NCBI RefSeq assembly: GCF_006345805.1
Contig: NC_043013.1
Coordinates: 23,002,001-23,066,000, forward strand
Length of the DNA: 64,000 nt
Origin: Octopus sinensis
Taxonomy: Eukaryota
Direction of reading: 5' to 3'
Shown here: piece by piece, positions 26,098 through 40,242 of the stretch
Layout of the letters: the number at the start of each line of letters is the position of its first letter
Numbering within the stretch: the stretch's first letter is position 1
The notes under the pieces: generated by a model
What the model was told of the DNA's origin: nothing
Databases searched by the model: none
Seen by the model: only the letters and a program-made list of their open reading frames with translations
Translations under genes and position numbers: made by a program

Positions 26098-26847
26098 TTC
26101 CAATTGTTATTTTAAATAGTTATGAAATAAGAGTTAGAGAGAATTATTGAAGTAAGATAATCCGGTGTTGCATTATTTTCGTACAATCTTGTTGCTTCAT
26201 GGAATTACTTAGCTTAGGGCCAGCCAAACTTTCGATAGTGAAAAGCTATTTTTAATTTTATAATCTCTTAATGGCTCCAAACTTTTTCACTGTTTTTATT
26301 AAGATTCGTTCAACTAAAATAATCAGAATTATGTTCTTGGTACTCTACCTTATAAAAGTGTGCCCTGAATCTATTTATAGATAACTGTCAGACGTCAGTG
26401 CTGCATGTTAGGTGCAGAAAATAAAGTTTTCCATCTCAAACAAAAATTAAAAGTTTTAAAAAATCATTCTTGTAAAAATAGTGGTTAATGAAATCAAGAA
26501 ATCTACTCTAATAATCAACAATATTTTGTTTAATCTTTTAAAATTAACTCTGGCTCAATTGTACGCCAATTATTTATTGCATGCATTTATTTGTAAGAAT
26601 AGATTTGTTTTTTTAATATTTACTTAAAAATCAACCACGCTAGTATTTTTAGCTAATATTGCTTAATCAGATCTACCACCTATTTCGATACAATTTGACA
26701 ACGCTTATTGAAGCATTTCTTGTTTTAGATTTGACTGCATTATGCACAAGAATAATACTTCAGCAAGATATGTGAAAGAAAAATATACATTCGATATCAA
26801 TACAATATTTTCGATAATAAGCTATCTATCAAATGAAGCTAAATACC

Positions 26848-27263
26848 TATTTCTTTACTACCCACAAGGGGCTAAACATAAAGGGGACAAACAAGGACAG
26901 ACAAACGGATTAGGTCGATTACAACGACGCGAGTGCGCAACTGGTACGTATTTAATCAACCCCGAAATGATTAAAGGCAAAGTCGACCTCGGCGGAATTT
27001 GAACTCAGAACGGAACGGCAGACGAAATACTTATTTCTTTACTACCCACAAGGGGCTAAACACAGAGAGGACAAACAAGGACAGACAAACGGATTAAGTC
27101 GATTACATCGACCCCAGTGCGTAACTGGTACTTTATTTATTGACCCCGAAAGGATGAAAGGCAAAGTCGACCTCGGCGGAATTTGAACTCAGAACATAAC
27201 GGCAGACGAAATACCGCTAAGCATTTCGCCCGGCGTGCTAACGTTTCTGCCAGCTCGCCGCCT
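26848..27263 (-). mobile_element. SINE family 2 dimer with a 14-bp TSD
   Basis: Two units of about 184 bp plus the tRNA head; TSD tgaagctaaatacc at 26834-26847 and 27268-27281. Confidence 0.92.
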
Positions 27264-27449
27264 TAACTGAAGCTAAATACCAATAATTGAAATCTTAGTG
27301 TCTTCGTTTTAATTCAGTAGCAATGTAACACAATCGATTCAGTTCTACATTTGGCGAATTTAAGTTGAACGTAACTTCTGTTCCTGTATAAATTTCTTCT
27401 ACATCAACTTGTGAAAAATGTCAGTATTGTTTATAGTTGATCAAAATCA

Positions 27450-27782
27450 GGGAAAGGACTCGCCTCGGTCATGAATGACCAAGGGATTGCACCTAGAAAG
27501 TTCCCCTCCAAGGCACAAGTTTGGGCAAGGTTGTTTTTTATGGAAGACCATCCGTCACCCCTGCATACCAGCCTCCCCTCTCCACGCCACCGATGTTGTC
27601 CAAGGGAAAAGCAAAGAGGCCGATGCAGTTTCGCACCAGTGATGTTGCAATTCATTTCTATGAATGAGTGAACTAGAGACACGGGAAATAAAGTGTTTTG
27701 CTCAAGAACACAATACACATCCCTCTTCGGGAATCGAACTCACTACTTCATGATTGTGAACTCGCTACTCTAACCACTGACC
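27450..27782 (-). mobile_element. SINE family 3 (tRNA head plus CORE-like tgtgttcttgagcaaaacact)
   Basis: Minus strand shows A-box remnant tcagtggttagag and B-box gagttcgattccc. Confidence 0.75.
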
Positions 27783-29261
27783 AATTCCTTTCTAGAGTTT
27801 CTATAAAATTTTAATATAAATTTTGAATTTATATAAGTGTTAATTTAATCGAATGTTTCCTTGGTTGCTTTTCAAATTTTAAAATAATGATCGAACATTT
27901 CATCTAGGAAAGCAGTGCCATGGTCTTATTCGTTTATCTACAAAACAGTGCCACGGTCTTATTTTTTGATCTACAAATCAGTGCCATAGTCTTGCGACTC
28001 AAGGCTTAATTATATTACACGATTGTCACATCTGTTTAAAACGTTAAACCTCATGACCAGTTTATGACGTCCGGTTGCCAATGTCTGGCCAAATGTTCAT
28101 TAATCATTCTAACACTTTTCTTTATTTTGTCAACAGTTTTTTGTATGCAGGGACAAATCTCCATGACTAGAATCGATGCTTCTTAGGAAATGTCTGGATA
28201 GACTTCGTCATAAATGAGGTCACAATTGTTTGTACTGTTTTTAACACTCCTTTAATTTTTGCTGACTTTTCGTACAACACTTGTTGATAAATAATATTGT
28301 GCTATCTATATTATTCGAAAATTCGGGATTTTTTTTTTTTTTTTTTTTTTTGCAGTTGCGACGATCGTTCTCAGTTCACCATTTGTAGCGGCTGATACCA
28401 ACTTCTGAAATATTAAACTGTAAAATTTGTCTTCTTTTTAAAATGATTCGTCAAAAACTTTTTCATCAGATTTTCCTTTTAATGGCAGTCTTTTTTTATC
28501 AAATTTTCTTTAACAATGCAATCAATCATCAAAACAGAATTCCAGAACAAATGCACGTTTTATGCTGCTTCGATAATCACTTGATTCGTCCATTTACAAT
28601 AAAAATTATTTGATCATAGAAATATTTTTATGTCAATTTTTAATAATGTCGTCTGGTAGTGATTCAATTTTTCTTATTTTAGTTTTCAGCAATTCACTTA
28701 TTGCATTATTAAGGTCTGCTTGTCTCGTGGTTTTATTTTTATTTTTAAGTTGCAAAGAGCAACTTAGTAACTTCCAGAATACTTTCTTCCTTATTTTACT
28801 ATCTTCGAATATTCTGTTTTGCCGTGTTTTTTCCCCCTTATGTTTTGCAATTACCTGCGATAGCCAAAATGATGCGACAAAATCAGTAAAAAAAGGTAAT
28901 AACCGGAGCTTTGAAAAATAAGTGTTGCTTTTCATAACTTGAAAATAATTTTTTTTTATTTATCACATTTCTGAATTTGTAAAATAAAAAAAAATCTACG
29001 TTATTATGAATATTTTATGAACAGTATTAAACTGCTTTTCCATTTTGTTTTACTTCCATACAAAAATATTTGAGTGGCGAATTAAACAGGGGCATTTCTC
29101 TTTAATCATTTCGAGTAGAAAGTATTATTCGTATTATTTCTTGTAATGCCATTTTTTTTCTTTTTAAGTAGTTGGCAAATTATCGTTAATGGTGTACTCG
29201 GGAAAAAAAGATTGTTGGTGTGAGCATTATGTTTGCAATATGGCGGCGAGCATGAATTATG

Positions 29262-29480
29262 CTTGCAACAAAGGCAGCGAGCGGGTCGAATCGTTAGCAC
29301 GTCGGTCAAAATACTTAGCAGCACTTCTTTCGGCTCTTTACGTTCTGAGTTTAAATGCGACTGAAATCGACTTTCATCCTCTCAAAGTCCATAAATTAGA
29401 TACCAGTTGAATACTGGGGTCAATGTAATCGACTTACCGCAATCCCTAAATTTGCTTGCTTTTACCAATATTTGAAATCA
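29262..29480 (+). mobile_element. SINE family 2 monomer, diverged
   Basis: gaatcgttagcacg, ctgagtttaaat, gactttcatcct and ctggggtcaatgtaatcgact. Confidence 0.7.
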
Positions 29481-29639
29481 TTGTTAACAATATGGATTAC
29501 GAGCATTTAATAGTAAATAATTCAGTTAATATTATTTTCCCGCTTGACAGAAACATGCCTTCACAAAATATTGAAAATATTGAACACGTTGCTAGAAAAT
29601 GTGAAACGGGATCATTTTCATAATTATATTAATCAGTTA

Positions 29640-30050
29640 GGTGCAGGAGTGGCTGTGTGGTAAGTAGCTTGCTAACCAGCCACATGGTTCCGGGTTCAGT
29701 CCTACTGCGTGGCATCTTGGGCAAGTGTCTTCTGCTATAGTCCCGGGCCGACCAATGCCTTGTGAGAGGATTTGGTAGATGGAAACTGAAAGAAGCCTGT
29801 CGTATATATGTATACATATGTATATGTATGTGTGTGTTTGTGTGTCTGTGTTTGTCCCCCTAGCATTGCTTGACAACCGATGCTGGTGTGTTTACATCCC
29901 CGTCACTTAGCAGTTCGGCAAAAGAGACCGATAGAATAAGTACTGGGCTTACAAAGAATAAGTCTCGGGGTCGATTTGCTCGACTAAAGGCGGTGCTCCA
30001 GCATGGCCGCAGTCAAATGACTGAAACAAGTAAAAGAGTAAAATAGAGAG
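29640..30050 (+). mobile_element. SINE family 1 reference copy (tRNA-derived, CORE-like)
   Basis: A-box tggctgtgtggt, B-box gggttcagtcc, CORE-like tcttgggcaagtgtctt, an internal microsatellite and a gtaaaaga-repeat tail; at least 8 copies in the window. Confidence 0.92.
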
Positions 30051-32408
30051 AGTTAAGTTTATTGAAAAAGAAACTATTTAATTGCCATTTGCATTAAATA
30101 TTTCCTAAATTTGCTGATATTTTCAAGGTTTTCGTTATGTTTTTAATAAATAAATATATAAACATATAGAAAAGAATATTTGAGATCCAATAAGGCTCCG
30201 ATTGCTAAACTTCTATTCAATGATTTTATTACATTTTCTATTTCATTATCCCATTGTTTCGGAAAACTCGACTTCAGTAATTATCCTCTCGGATGCCTCC
30301 CGAACATTTTAACAAAAGAAACGTATGAATTGCTAACGATGGAATTGTATAAATATACAAACGCTTTATTACCTTTGTGGTTGGTCATCACAATTTTCTT
30401 GTGAATACGGAAACTTTTCTGAAGGCAAATATTTAGCGGGGTGATGGTGGGGTGGGGGTCAAGGAAAATGGGTTGCTGCAAGTACTGCATTATGTGTGTA
30501 TGCACGTAGGTATGTAATATACTATGTGACGATTAGTAGGTTGCCATAGTAAAACTCAGAGTTTCGGATGTCGGGGCGGAAGTAAGGCATGTGTAAAATT
30601 TGAATGAAATCAGTTGGGTAGTTCTCGAGCTTTAGTGATGCACACATACAGACAGACACACACACATTTTATATGTATAGATATATAATATTGCCCTCTT
30701 ATAACCCCTACCAGTTCAGTCTGCATTCATCCTATACGGTGATTACACTGTTTTTCCCTCAATTTGAAAGCTTTCTGCCCTATCAGTCAGAATAAGTATA
30801 TTTGTAATGAGTTATCAGATAGTACGCTTCCCTTAGATATACTTTATACTACTTCTGAACTAAATAATTCTACATACAACAGTGCCTGTAATATTATATT
30901 TCATAAAACCGCATCCATGATATCCTTACGTTATTTCTTAATTTACTTTGTTAGGAGTACCTCGACCTATCCTTATTATTTATTTACTTATTATTATTTT
31001 GCTTTTTATTTTTATTTTCATTTTTGATTTTTTTATTATTAGTTTTAGTTTTTTGTGTATATCCAGTATGTATCTTATGGCTTCAGCAATGGAAATCATT
31101 TTTTAATCTTATATCTATTTTATCATTCTATAAATCCCTTATTGAAATTTTAGATATATGTCGTTAGTATTTCAAGATTTTTAACGTAATTTTGGTAAAT
31201 ATATTTGTTAAAATGAGATGTCGGTGTTAGTGTCATTTTTGCGTAATTTAGACAATTTATTCGCCTTGTGATTCTATTAACTCTGATGAGAGAAATAAAG
31301 AGTATTGCTATGGTCGGAGTTAGCTCGCTCATAGCAACCTATATCTTTTCGAAACGGCCGTAAGACTTTATACATGTTCCAGACTCCTTATGAATCATTT
31401 TACATCCGCTTTATCATCTTCTTCATTCGGACTTGGCAAGTACATTTACAGACTTACACTTTTTTATATATTTATATTTATGAATTTTTATATGTTTATA
31501 ATTTTTTATGTCTATGAATTTTTTTATATATTTATAAATTTTCGTGTATATGTATGTATTTATAAATTCTTAGACATTTTTAATATATCGTATAGATGAC
31601 TGCATCTGCGTATGCACTTTGTATACCAAGGATAATTTCGTTAATAAGGATTGAATGAATATATATCATCGGCCTTTGAATTTGTTTTCTCCTCTCCTTA
31701 ATTTTATACATATAAAGAGAGAGAGAGTGGGAGGAGATGCGTGTATATATAGGTGCGTATACATATGTGTGTGTACATATATATAGTTCACATGAGCGGC
31801 GGCCAAGAAAAAGAAAAGAATCACGAAATTATCAAAATATGATTTACAAGACTAACAATGGTAATAACAAGGGAGATTTTCTTTTGTTATATGAAACCAC
31901 ATCAAGTGAAGAACGAAAGAAAAGACGAAAAACTATAAAACTGGCAAATCCTTTTTGAAAAACACCACAGACTAATCGCAACATCTACAATAAAACCGTT
32001 CCACATCAAGTTGCAACCAGAACGCAGCGTAATAAATCATTTTACACCTTAAAGAATAATAAAACACAAATACATCAGAGCGATAAAACAAACTGAAAAT
32101 ATATTTTAGTAAAATTTTGAAAATAAAACACTTCAAGTTGTAAAACATCAAAGCGTCGTTCTAAAAGAAAATCTTTTAAAATTATTTTTAGTTGTACACT
32201 AAAAATGAAAAGCTGTTCCTAGTTATTATGTGTATACACACACAAACACACACGAACACACACACATGCACGCATACACACGTACGCACACACATACATG
32301 AGCACACATACACACACATACAAAGATGCGCACACATATATATATATATTGCAGATTTACATATAAATCTGCATGTGTATATATACATATACCCGCACAC
32401 ATACACAT

Positions 32409-32444
<36 letters not shown>

Positions 32445-32778
32445 GTACATGCATACTTATATATATACGTAGATATTCATAAATACATGCATATATACAA
32501 ATATAGACACATATATACATATAAATGAGTTGGAATAAGAACGGTTGGGTTTTAAAAAGTTAAGAAAATTGGTGAAAGAAGACAAAATTGAAAGTAAAGG
32601 CAGAATACGATTGTAGAAAGGAAAGGAAAGTGAACCTTTCTGCGGAGACTGCGCAGATGTGTGTATGTGTGTGTATGTGCGCGCGCGTGTGTGTGCGTGT
32701 GTGTATGTGTGTGTGTGTGTATGTGTGTGGGTAGGCCATCGACCACGCCTACTTTTGAGGCACACCTACCTATCTACC

Positions 32779-32856
<78 letters not shown>

Positions 32857-32873
32857 GTTTGTATGTGTGTATT

Positions 32874-32922
<49 letters not shown>

Positions 32923-33141
32923 GGTAAATAAGAAAATATTTTCTTATTTTCTTATTTGCTCTATAAATCAAGGGTAAACCACTTTTTACCCCACCCCCAC
33001 CCACCCATATATAGCACTCAATTGTAAGATTGCCACGCAATAACCAGCAATTGGGTATTAGTAATTGGGTACACTGCCAGCAGTATATTAGATAGGTACT
33101 ATCCCTTGGTTGACTTCCCAACCTCTAACTCACACAAGAAG

Positions 33142-33185
<44 letters not shown>

Positions 33186-33289
33186 GCATGTATAAATATA
33201 TATATTTCATATATTATATATCTGTGAGTGTGTGTATAAATATGTCTATATGTATGTGTGTGTGTTTGTGCATATGTACGCAAAAGACG

Positions 33290-33940
33290 AATCGATATTT
33301 TACATTAGATCTTCCGCACGAATTCCCTAGCCTCAAATCGACCTATCCCAAAATGATAGCTTAGTAGCATCACCCCATTGGGATACATTCCGTAAAATCC
33401 TAATCATGGACCTTAACAGATTAGGTGACTCCAAACACGCATCTATAAGACTTTCCGCAAACCTACTGAGCAATCAATACACTTCAATAGCCTCTCTTTC
33501 CACCTTCCTAATGCTTTCAGAAACTTTGTCTCAATTGTGAGTCGTAGGGTCTTTAATCTTTCATCCTCTAAGTTTATTCGTGACACTGCTCTTATAGGGC
33601 CGTGAATGTTATTTGGGTTCCTTAAACGTTAAGACCAAGGTGGGTAGAATATTCCTGGCCCTTCTGCACAGACATTTCCCGGTACAGTATCGTTATAATA
33701 AAAACTTTAGCATCCAAACAGTGAATAGAAGCTACTCCCGTGCTTCAAACATTCAACTGTTTTCAACGATTATGAACAAAGGAAGAAAAATGTCCTTTTG
33801 ATGGAGCCTGCAGCATCTCGTGTCTTTTTATGGAACAGAAATTATGTCAATCGAACCACATCAAGTAATGAGATGAAAACGCTTTGTGTCAATATGGCGG
33901 CATAACGCCGATTTATTCGACAATTCTAGAAGCATTTGGC
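33290..33940 (+). mobile_element. Decayed Penelope-like element: RT C-terminus and linker toward GIY-YIG
   Basis: VIW..SLNVKTKVGRIFLALLHRHFPVQYRYNKNFSIQTVNRSYS matches the PLE linker pattern WFNPPYSxNVKTNIGxxFLxLxxKHFP...IFNRNTVKVSYSC (recalled pattern, not a database search). Confidence 0.8.
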
Positions 33941-33945
33941 ATTGT

Positions 33946-34250
33946 TCAATGATACGTCAGGGTAGTGACTCCTGCTTTCCTCCTTCCTAAATATTGCGGG
34001 ACAAGGTTATGGGTAAGATGTAGCCCAATCTTCTGTTTTAAAGATGGCGCATACAGCGCCATATTCCAACCTTCTTCCAATGAAGATGTCAAAGTGTCTG
34101 CCAGGACTATCTCCAACTTCTGCCTGGATGAAACAAGGAAATCCTCCGAGGCTTTAGCAAAACATAGGGATGTTACCTCTCTCCTCTCGCTCGCCTCCAT
34201 AATGGAGTGTGACTGGCTGGCACCCGGACAAAACGCAACCAAGCTTTAGT
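33946..34250 (-). mobile_element. Possible LINE ORF1 5' fragment
   Basis: Non-repetitive ORF ending LVPQYLGRRK, loosely similar to QPPYLGK in the ORF1 at 61.6 kb. Confidence 0.3.
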
Positions 34251-34356
34251 TCTTCAAACAAAACGTTTCATATTTTGTCGCGTAGTTTTTGTTGTTGAAA
34301 AGAACCTATTGCGTAATATAGCATTGTTATTATTATTGTTTTGTCAAAAGTAGTAG

Positions 34357-34397
<41 letters not shown>

Positions 34398-34827
34398 TGC
34401 TAGTTGTGGGGATGTCGTGAGGAAGGTTATGTCGTTGTTGTTGACAACATTTCCGCTCGAAATATTCAAAACTGAATGTAAAATATTAACATTTTCTTTT
34501 TGTTCTTAGTCACCATTAATATTTTGCAGAGCAATTAAAATATTATTCTCTTCTTTTTTTTTCCTGCTTGTGAAGTTTATTTTCTTCCTTTACAGTTTTC
34601 GTTTTTGTAGGCATCGCATGAAATATTCGAAGCCATTTTTGTGTTTTGGTAATGTGAAGGAAAATAAAAACACAAAACCTTTTTGTCATGTCAACCATTG
34701 TAGAAGGAAACACTGAGGTTTAGAGTTCTTTGATTGCAGCTACTTTCAGCAAAATACTATTTCATCAGGTGAAAATCCTCTGCTTTTGAAAGCAACTTGT
34801 AAACAAAGCTTGCTACGCCCAGTAGCT

Positions 34828-34830
34828 AAC

Positions 34831-34889
<59 letters not shown>

Positions 34890-34983
34890 TAATAATAATG
34901 ATAATGATAATGATGATAAAAATATTAATAATAATAATAATGATAATAATAATAATGATAATAATAATAACAACAACAACAAC

Positions 34984-35018
<35 letters not shown>

Positions 35019-35067
35019 CAACAACAACAATAAAAATAATAATAATAATAATAATAAAAATAATAAC

Positions 35068-35105
<38 letters not shown>

Positions 35106-35323
35106 TAATAATAATAATAATAATAACAATAATAATAACGATGATGATAATAATAATAATAATAATTCTTTACTACCCACAAGGGGCTAAACACAGAGGG
35201 GACAAACAAGGACAGACAAAGCGATTAAGTCGATTACATTGACCCCAGTGCGTAACTGGTACTATTTAATCGACCAATAATAATAATAATAATGATAATA
35301 ATAGTAATAGTAATAATAATATA

Positions 35324-35398
<75 letters not shown>

Positions 35399-35679
35399 TA
35401 ATAATAATAATAATCACTGATATTATTAGTGATGAGGATTATTGTTGTGGTCGTTGAAAAAGGTAGTACCAGCAGCACTAATAGTCGAAGCCCTGGGAAC
35501 AGTGAGAAAAATCTTGAGAAGTACATGAAACAAATAGAGGCTGCAATAAGGGTGGAGCACTTGCAGAAAACAGACGGGTAGTCATGATGGCTATATTGGG
35601 CTTCGTATATTTTACCCCAGTGTAACTTTGATGGCATGAACTGCTCTCTCGCTCAATAATAATAATAATGATGATGATG

Positions 35680-35746
<67 letters not shown>

Positions 35747-35750
35747 TAAC
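34828..35750. repeat. (TAA)n arrays with embedded retroelement fragments. A second very long (TAA)n array lies at 43893-44650
   Basis: Direct reading; includes a SINE family 2 tail fragment at 35165-35275. Confidence 0.95.
35440..35575 (+). mobile_element. R4/Dong-like LINE C-terminal fragment within (TAA)n
   Basis: LWSLKKVVPAALIVEALGTV..LEKYMKQI..RVEHLQKT parallels MWNLKTETIPIIVGALG...NIQKI of the 56.5-kb copy. Confidence 0.7.
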
Positions 35751-36541
35751 ATACGTAAACAAAAAAATGTTTGTTTACATATGTAGTTGCATTCCAAAAA
35801 AAAGCTATGATATTTAGCTTTTAGCTTAACGCAATTTGCTGTCGGTGGACAGTTTATCCTAATGGTAGAGTAACCAGCTGCTGTTTGAAGGGTGCAGGTT
35901 CGAATCTAGTGGCTGTCTCCTAGCAACTTCTTCCGTCTATTAAGAGTAAAATATCCAATCTTTCTGCTCTTCTCAAGGTTATACAGCGTTTGACAAAATC
36001 AAGATTATTAAGTATGATTCATGTCTGTCTGGTTGTTATTATTATTGTTTTGTCAAAAGTAGTAGTTGTATAAATTAGCTTCTGAATATTTTAAGATTTC
36101 TAATATAATATATTTCGCAGAAGAGAATACTGTAAGCATTTTTCACTTCTTCGCTACACGGAATTACTTCGATTATATAGAAATGCAGCTTTATTCTCTT
36201 TGTCAGCCCAGTGCCCTTTATGTCTTAACAAGTGTTGACTGAACACTATTTAGGCTACTGGAAAAACGAGAAGCAGCTTTTAACAACACCGGCTGAAGAA
36301 ACAGTCGTCGAAACATCGTGACTCAAAAGATACCCCGAGGTATATATATCCACAGTTTATTTGTATAATCTATTCGAAATTCCCTATTTGCATTTATTTT
36401 ATTCGCACAGTCATAGCCGCCCTGACTTAATTACTTGTTGAGCACTCTTAGTCAATAAATGCCTTTTTAGATGAATTAGAATTTATTAAGTGCGGTTCAT
36501 GTATACATCCGTGTATATTTATATACAGACGTATATATATA

Positions 36542-36609
<68 letters not shown>

Positions 36610-36967
36610 ATCAATATAAGGGTAGCAAAAAAATTCAAGAAAAATTTTCTGCAACCAGCGGTCAAGTGAGAAAGTAGAAATAGTCACATATATATATGTA
36701 TGTATATGTATATATGTATGTATGTATGTTGTATGTATGTATGTATACACATACATACATACATATACATATACACACACACATGTATATACACACCCAC
36801 ACGTAACGAACAGAAAGGCACATCACTAGGAAAGCTGGTTATCCATCCACACGCACATGAAAGGTAAAACAATACATTAATAATCTATCATATATTCACA
36901 CATACGCGCACATACTCACACGTATATACACACACAAGCATACAGTTACATACTCATGCACCTCACG

Positions 36968-37034
<67 letters not shown>

Positions 37035-37987
37035 CACTCAAACAAAAATACTATTCCCAAATGGTTTGAAATCATTTCACACATTCTAATCGATACCTTT
37101 TAACACAATCGATTTCTTATTTTAATTATTTCATTTTTTTTAAATATAATTTCATATTTAATTTTGCTGGTTCTATTGTTATTTTTTAGGTTTTTCTTTT
37201 CGCTTTTTGTAGCTTTACGTTCGTTTCACCACATTGTTAATTCTCCGTTAAAACTTTTCGTCAAATCTGTTTCATTAAAACTACTTCTGAAGTTTCCTCG
37301 ACAAAATTGCTTCTTAAAATTGTCTCATCAAATCTTTGTTTTTCAAAATTGCTTAGTCAATATTGCTTCTCAAAACTACATCATTAATTTGCCTTTAAAA
37401 GTGTCTGGTCGAAACTGTTTTTCAAGATTACCACATCAAAACTACTTCTCAAAATTGCCTCGACAATGTTATTGCTTCTCAAAAATGCCTTCGTTAAAAT
37501 TGCTTTGTCGAACTCGCTAACATCTTTGATGCGTGAACGTCATAAGAGCACTTAAGTCATCCAGTTCATTTATGCTGCAACCGTACTGCTTTAAAGAAAT
37601 GTATGAATGGCACACAATCTCATTTCCTTACCCTCACCTAATGAAGCTGATATATTTTACTACGTGAGATATCGTTTTTACTCTTGTTCAAAAAAATATA
37701 ACATCTGGCATTATATAAGGAAGTCTGTTTAGACTCTAAATTCTATTTAGAGTGGGAGGGGAAGAGAACCAGTTTTTATCAATACCGGATGAACAAACAA
37801 TTGTCGAAACATTATGCAGAAAACATCTACACCCACCCACCCACACCAAAACTAGGAAGTTTTTCTTTTTTTTTTAAACTTGACCAAATTTCCTCGGGGA
37901 AAATAATTAACTGAGAGAACTGTCTAAAAGTCGACAGTATCTCTTTGCTCCAAGACCTAAAGTGGTAGCATGGCATTATTTGTTGTA

Positions 37988-38150
37988 CGTCCCGACACTA
38001 CATTCTGAGTTCAAATTCCGCCGAGGTCGAATTTACCTTTCATTCTTTGGGGGCCGATAAATTAAATACCAGTTACACACTGGGGTCGATGCAATCGACT
38101 AGCCCCTCCCCACAAAATTTCAGACCTTTCGTCTATAGAAGAAAGAATTA
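37988..38150 (+). mobile_element. SINE family 2 monomer, 5'-truncated, alternative tail, with TSD
   Basis: ctgagttcaaattccgccgaggtcga; attatttgttgta occurs on both sides. Confidence 0.85.
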
Positions 38151-38652
38151 TTTGTTGTATGTTCTGAACTATGTTTTGGTTGAGTCTTACCCAACGAAAA
38201 CGTAGGCTGAACTATTCTGATGCACCTCTGCTCCTACACTTACATCCGAGTATTTGAGTTGGGGGAGAAATATAAAGTGATGATCGAGAACATTGAAATG
38301 AATATGGCTCCAAGATAGCGCGTCCACTTGGAATTGTAGAATAGACAAAAGTGGTTACAGCAAGAGTTATGAGATGTGATGTATGACCAGAAGAGATCGG
38401 CATAGATTTATGTGTCCTAATGACCTCCGAAAGCAACGAGTGAACCTCAAAGCTGCATCCAGTTAAGGATGCCAAGATAAAGGGCCTAGTTGTTATACAT
38501 GTGGTAGTAAACTTCATCCAATTCTTATCTGTTGTTGAAGGCATGAGTCTTCTGCTATAGCTTCGAGTTGACCAAGGCATTGTGAGTGGAGTTCAATAAA
38601 TGGAAATTGGAAGGAAGCTCAACGTGTATGTGTATAAATATACACACATGTG

Positions 38653-38683
<31 letters not shown>

Positions 38684-40242
38684 TATGTGTGTGTGTATGT
38701 GTGTTTGTGTTTACATTTAGTATTGTGTCGACTACTTGTCTCCCTTTTTGTTAAAAGGTTCGTTAAACGGTGCGATAAATGGATATTTATGGAGTAAATA
38801 CCGAGCTGAAATGAATATTTTTATTCTTTACATTTGGAAGCTGCACTACTCATCGGTCCATCCTTGGACAGTTTCAGTAAAATACCAGCTTTCTGGAGGG
38901 AGTTTTTTTTTTTTTTAATACGGGGAGAATGTCGTTCTTTTGCTTTTTTTTTTAACGTCTATGAAAAGAGAGTGTTAACACCTCAAACAACCTTTCTACA
39001 CTCCTGATCAAAGAAACATTGTTTACAGTCACCCAAAACCTTTCACCCAAAACCTCTCACCTTTCAAAACCGATTCAAGAAAGGAATATAAAATTAAAGA
39101 ATAAAGAGGAAGAATGGTGACCCTAGTCGTGGGCTGCTACTTTTTTTTATCGATCCCGGAATGATAAAAGGTGGAGTTGACTTCCACGAGGTTTCATCTC
39201 TGGATGCAGAAATCTGGAACAAATATTGCAAGATTTTCTCTCCAACACTCTAATAATTCTGCTAATTCGTCACCGAACTCGATATCTATATAATAATCCG
39301 CTTGTTCGTTCGCGCATTGTTACTTTAGTTAAAGAGGTGGAGGTGGAGCAAAAGTGAGTGAGTGTATGTGTGTGTGTGAGAGAGAGAGAGAAAGAAAGAA
39401 AGAAAGAAAGAAAGAAATATGAGGAATGTGAGTAGGGAAGAAGGAAGTGAGGAAGAAGTATAGAAAGAGATATAAGGCCAAATGCGTCACGTGATTAGTT
39501 AAATGGAAAGGCGAAGACACAGAGAGAAAGACAGCGAGAGAGAAGAGGGAGAGAGAAGTATTAACGACGTGCTGTGGGGTGGGGAGGGAAAGGTAAAGAG
39601 AAAGAGATATGTTTAGGATACAATATTTAGCAGAGGGTAATGTTCTGGTGGTGAGGTTAAAGACAGGCAGATAAAGAGAGATGGGCAAAGGAGGCAGTTA
39701 CATTAAGAGAGAGATAGTGGAAGTGAGAGGTGAAGAGGAAGAGAGAAGTGTTAAAGACATGAAGACAGGAATTATATGGTTAAAAAGCTTGTTGAAGAGG
39801 TAGAGAGAAAGAGAGAAATATAAAGTGCTTAGTAGAGGGAAATTTTAAAATATATTATTGTGACTGGAAGTGAAATACTTAGCAAAATAAAACTAGAAAT
39901 ACAAATCACCCTTTTTCTTAAATAGTTTCTCTTAATCTTTTTCGATCTGTGGAATTTCCACGGATCCCATTATTAATCAATTAATTCTTTTGAGTGGGGT
40001 AGCTTAGCATGACTGCAGTCGAATGGCTGAAGTAAGTGGAAGAGAAAATAATCGAGGGTAGCAGTTTCATAGGCGCAGACGAGGCTTTTTGGTTAAGAAG
40101 CCCGCTTTCGGGTTCAGCCCCGAAGCCACTCGCAGCACTTCGGGCAAGTGTCTTCTACTATAGCTACTAGCCGAATAATAATACCTCGTGAGTGAGTTTG
40201 GTAGACGGAAACTATGTGGTAACTTGTCTTATATATATATAG

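Noticed and set aside
27912-27993. Three tandem units of about 33 bp (cagtgccatggtctt...)
   Set aside because: Ordinary short local tandem duplication.
35845-35922. tRNA-like sequence with ggttcgaatc
   Set aside because: No consistent cloverleaf; probably a decayed SINE head. Other A/B-box hits are also SINE heads.
36293-36322. CTGAAGA...GAAAC hammerhead-like motif
   Set aside because: No convincing stem I, weak stem II and a GUG triplet; at best a decayed relic.
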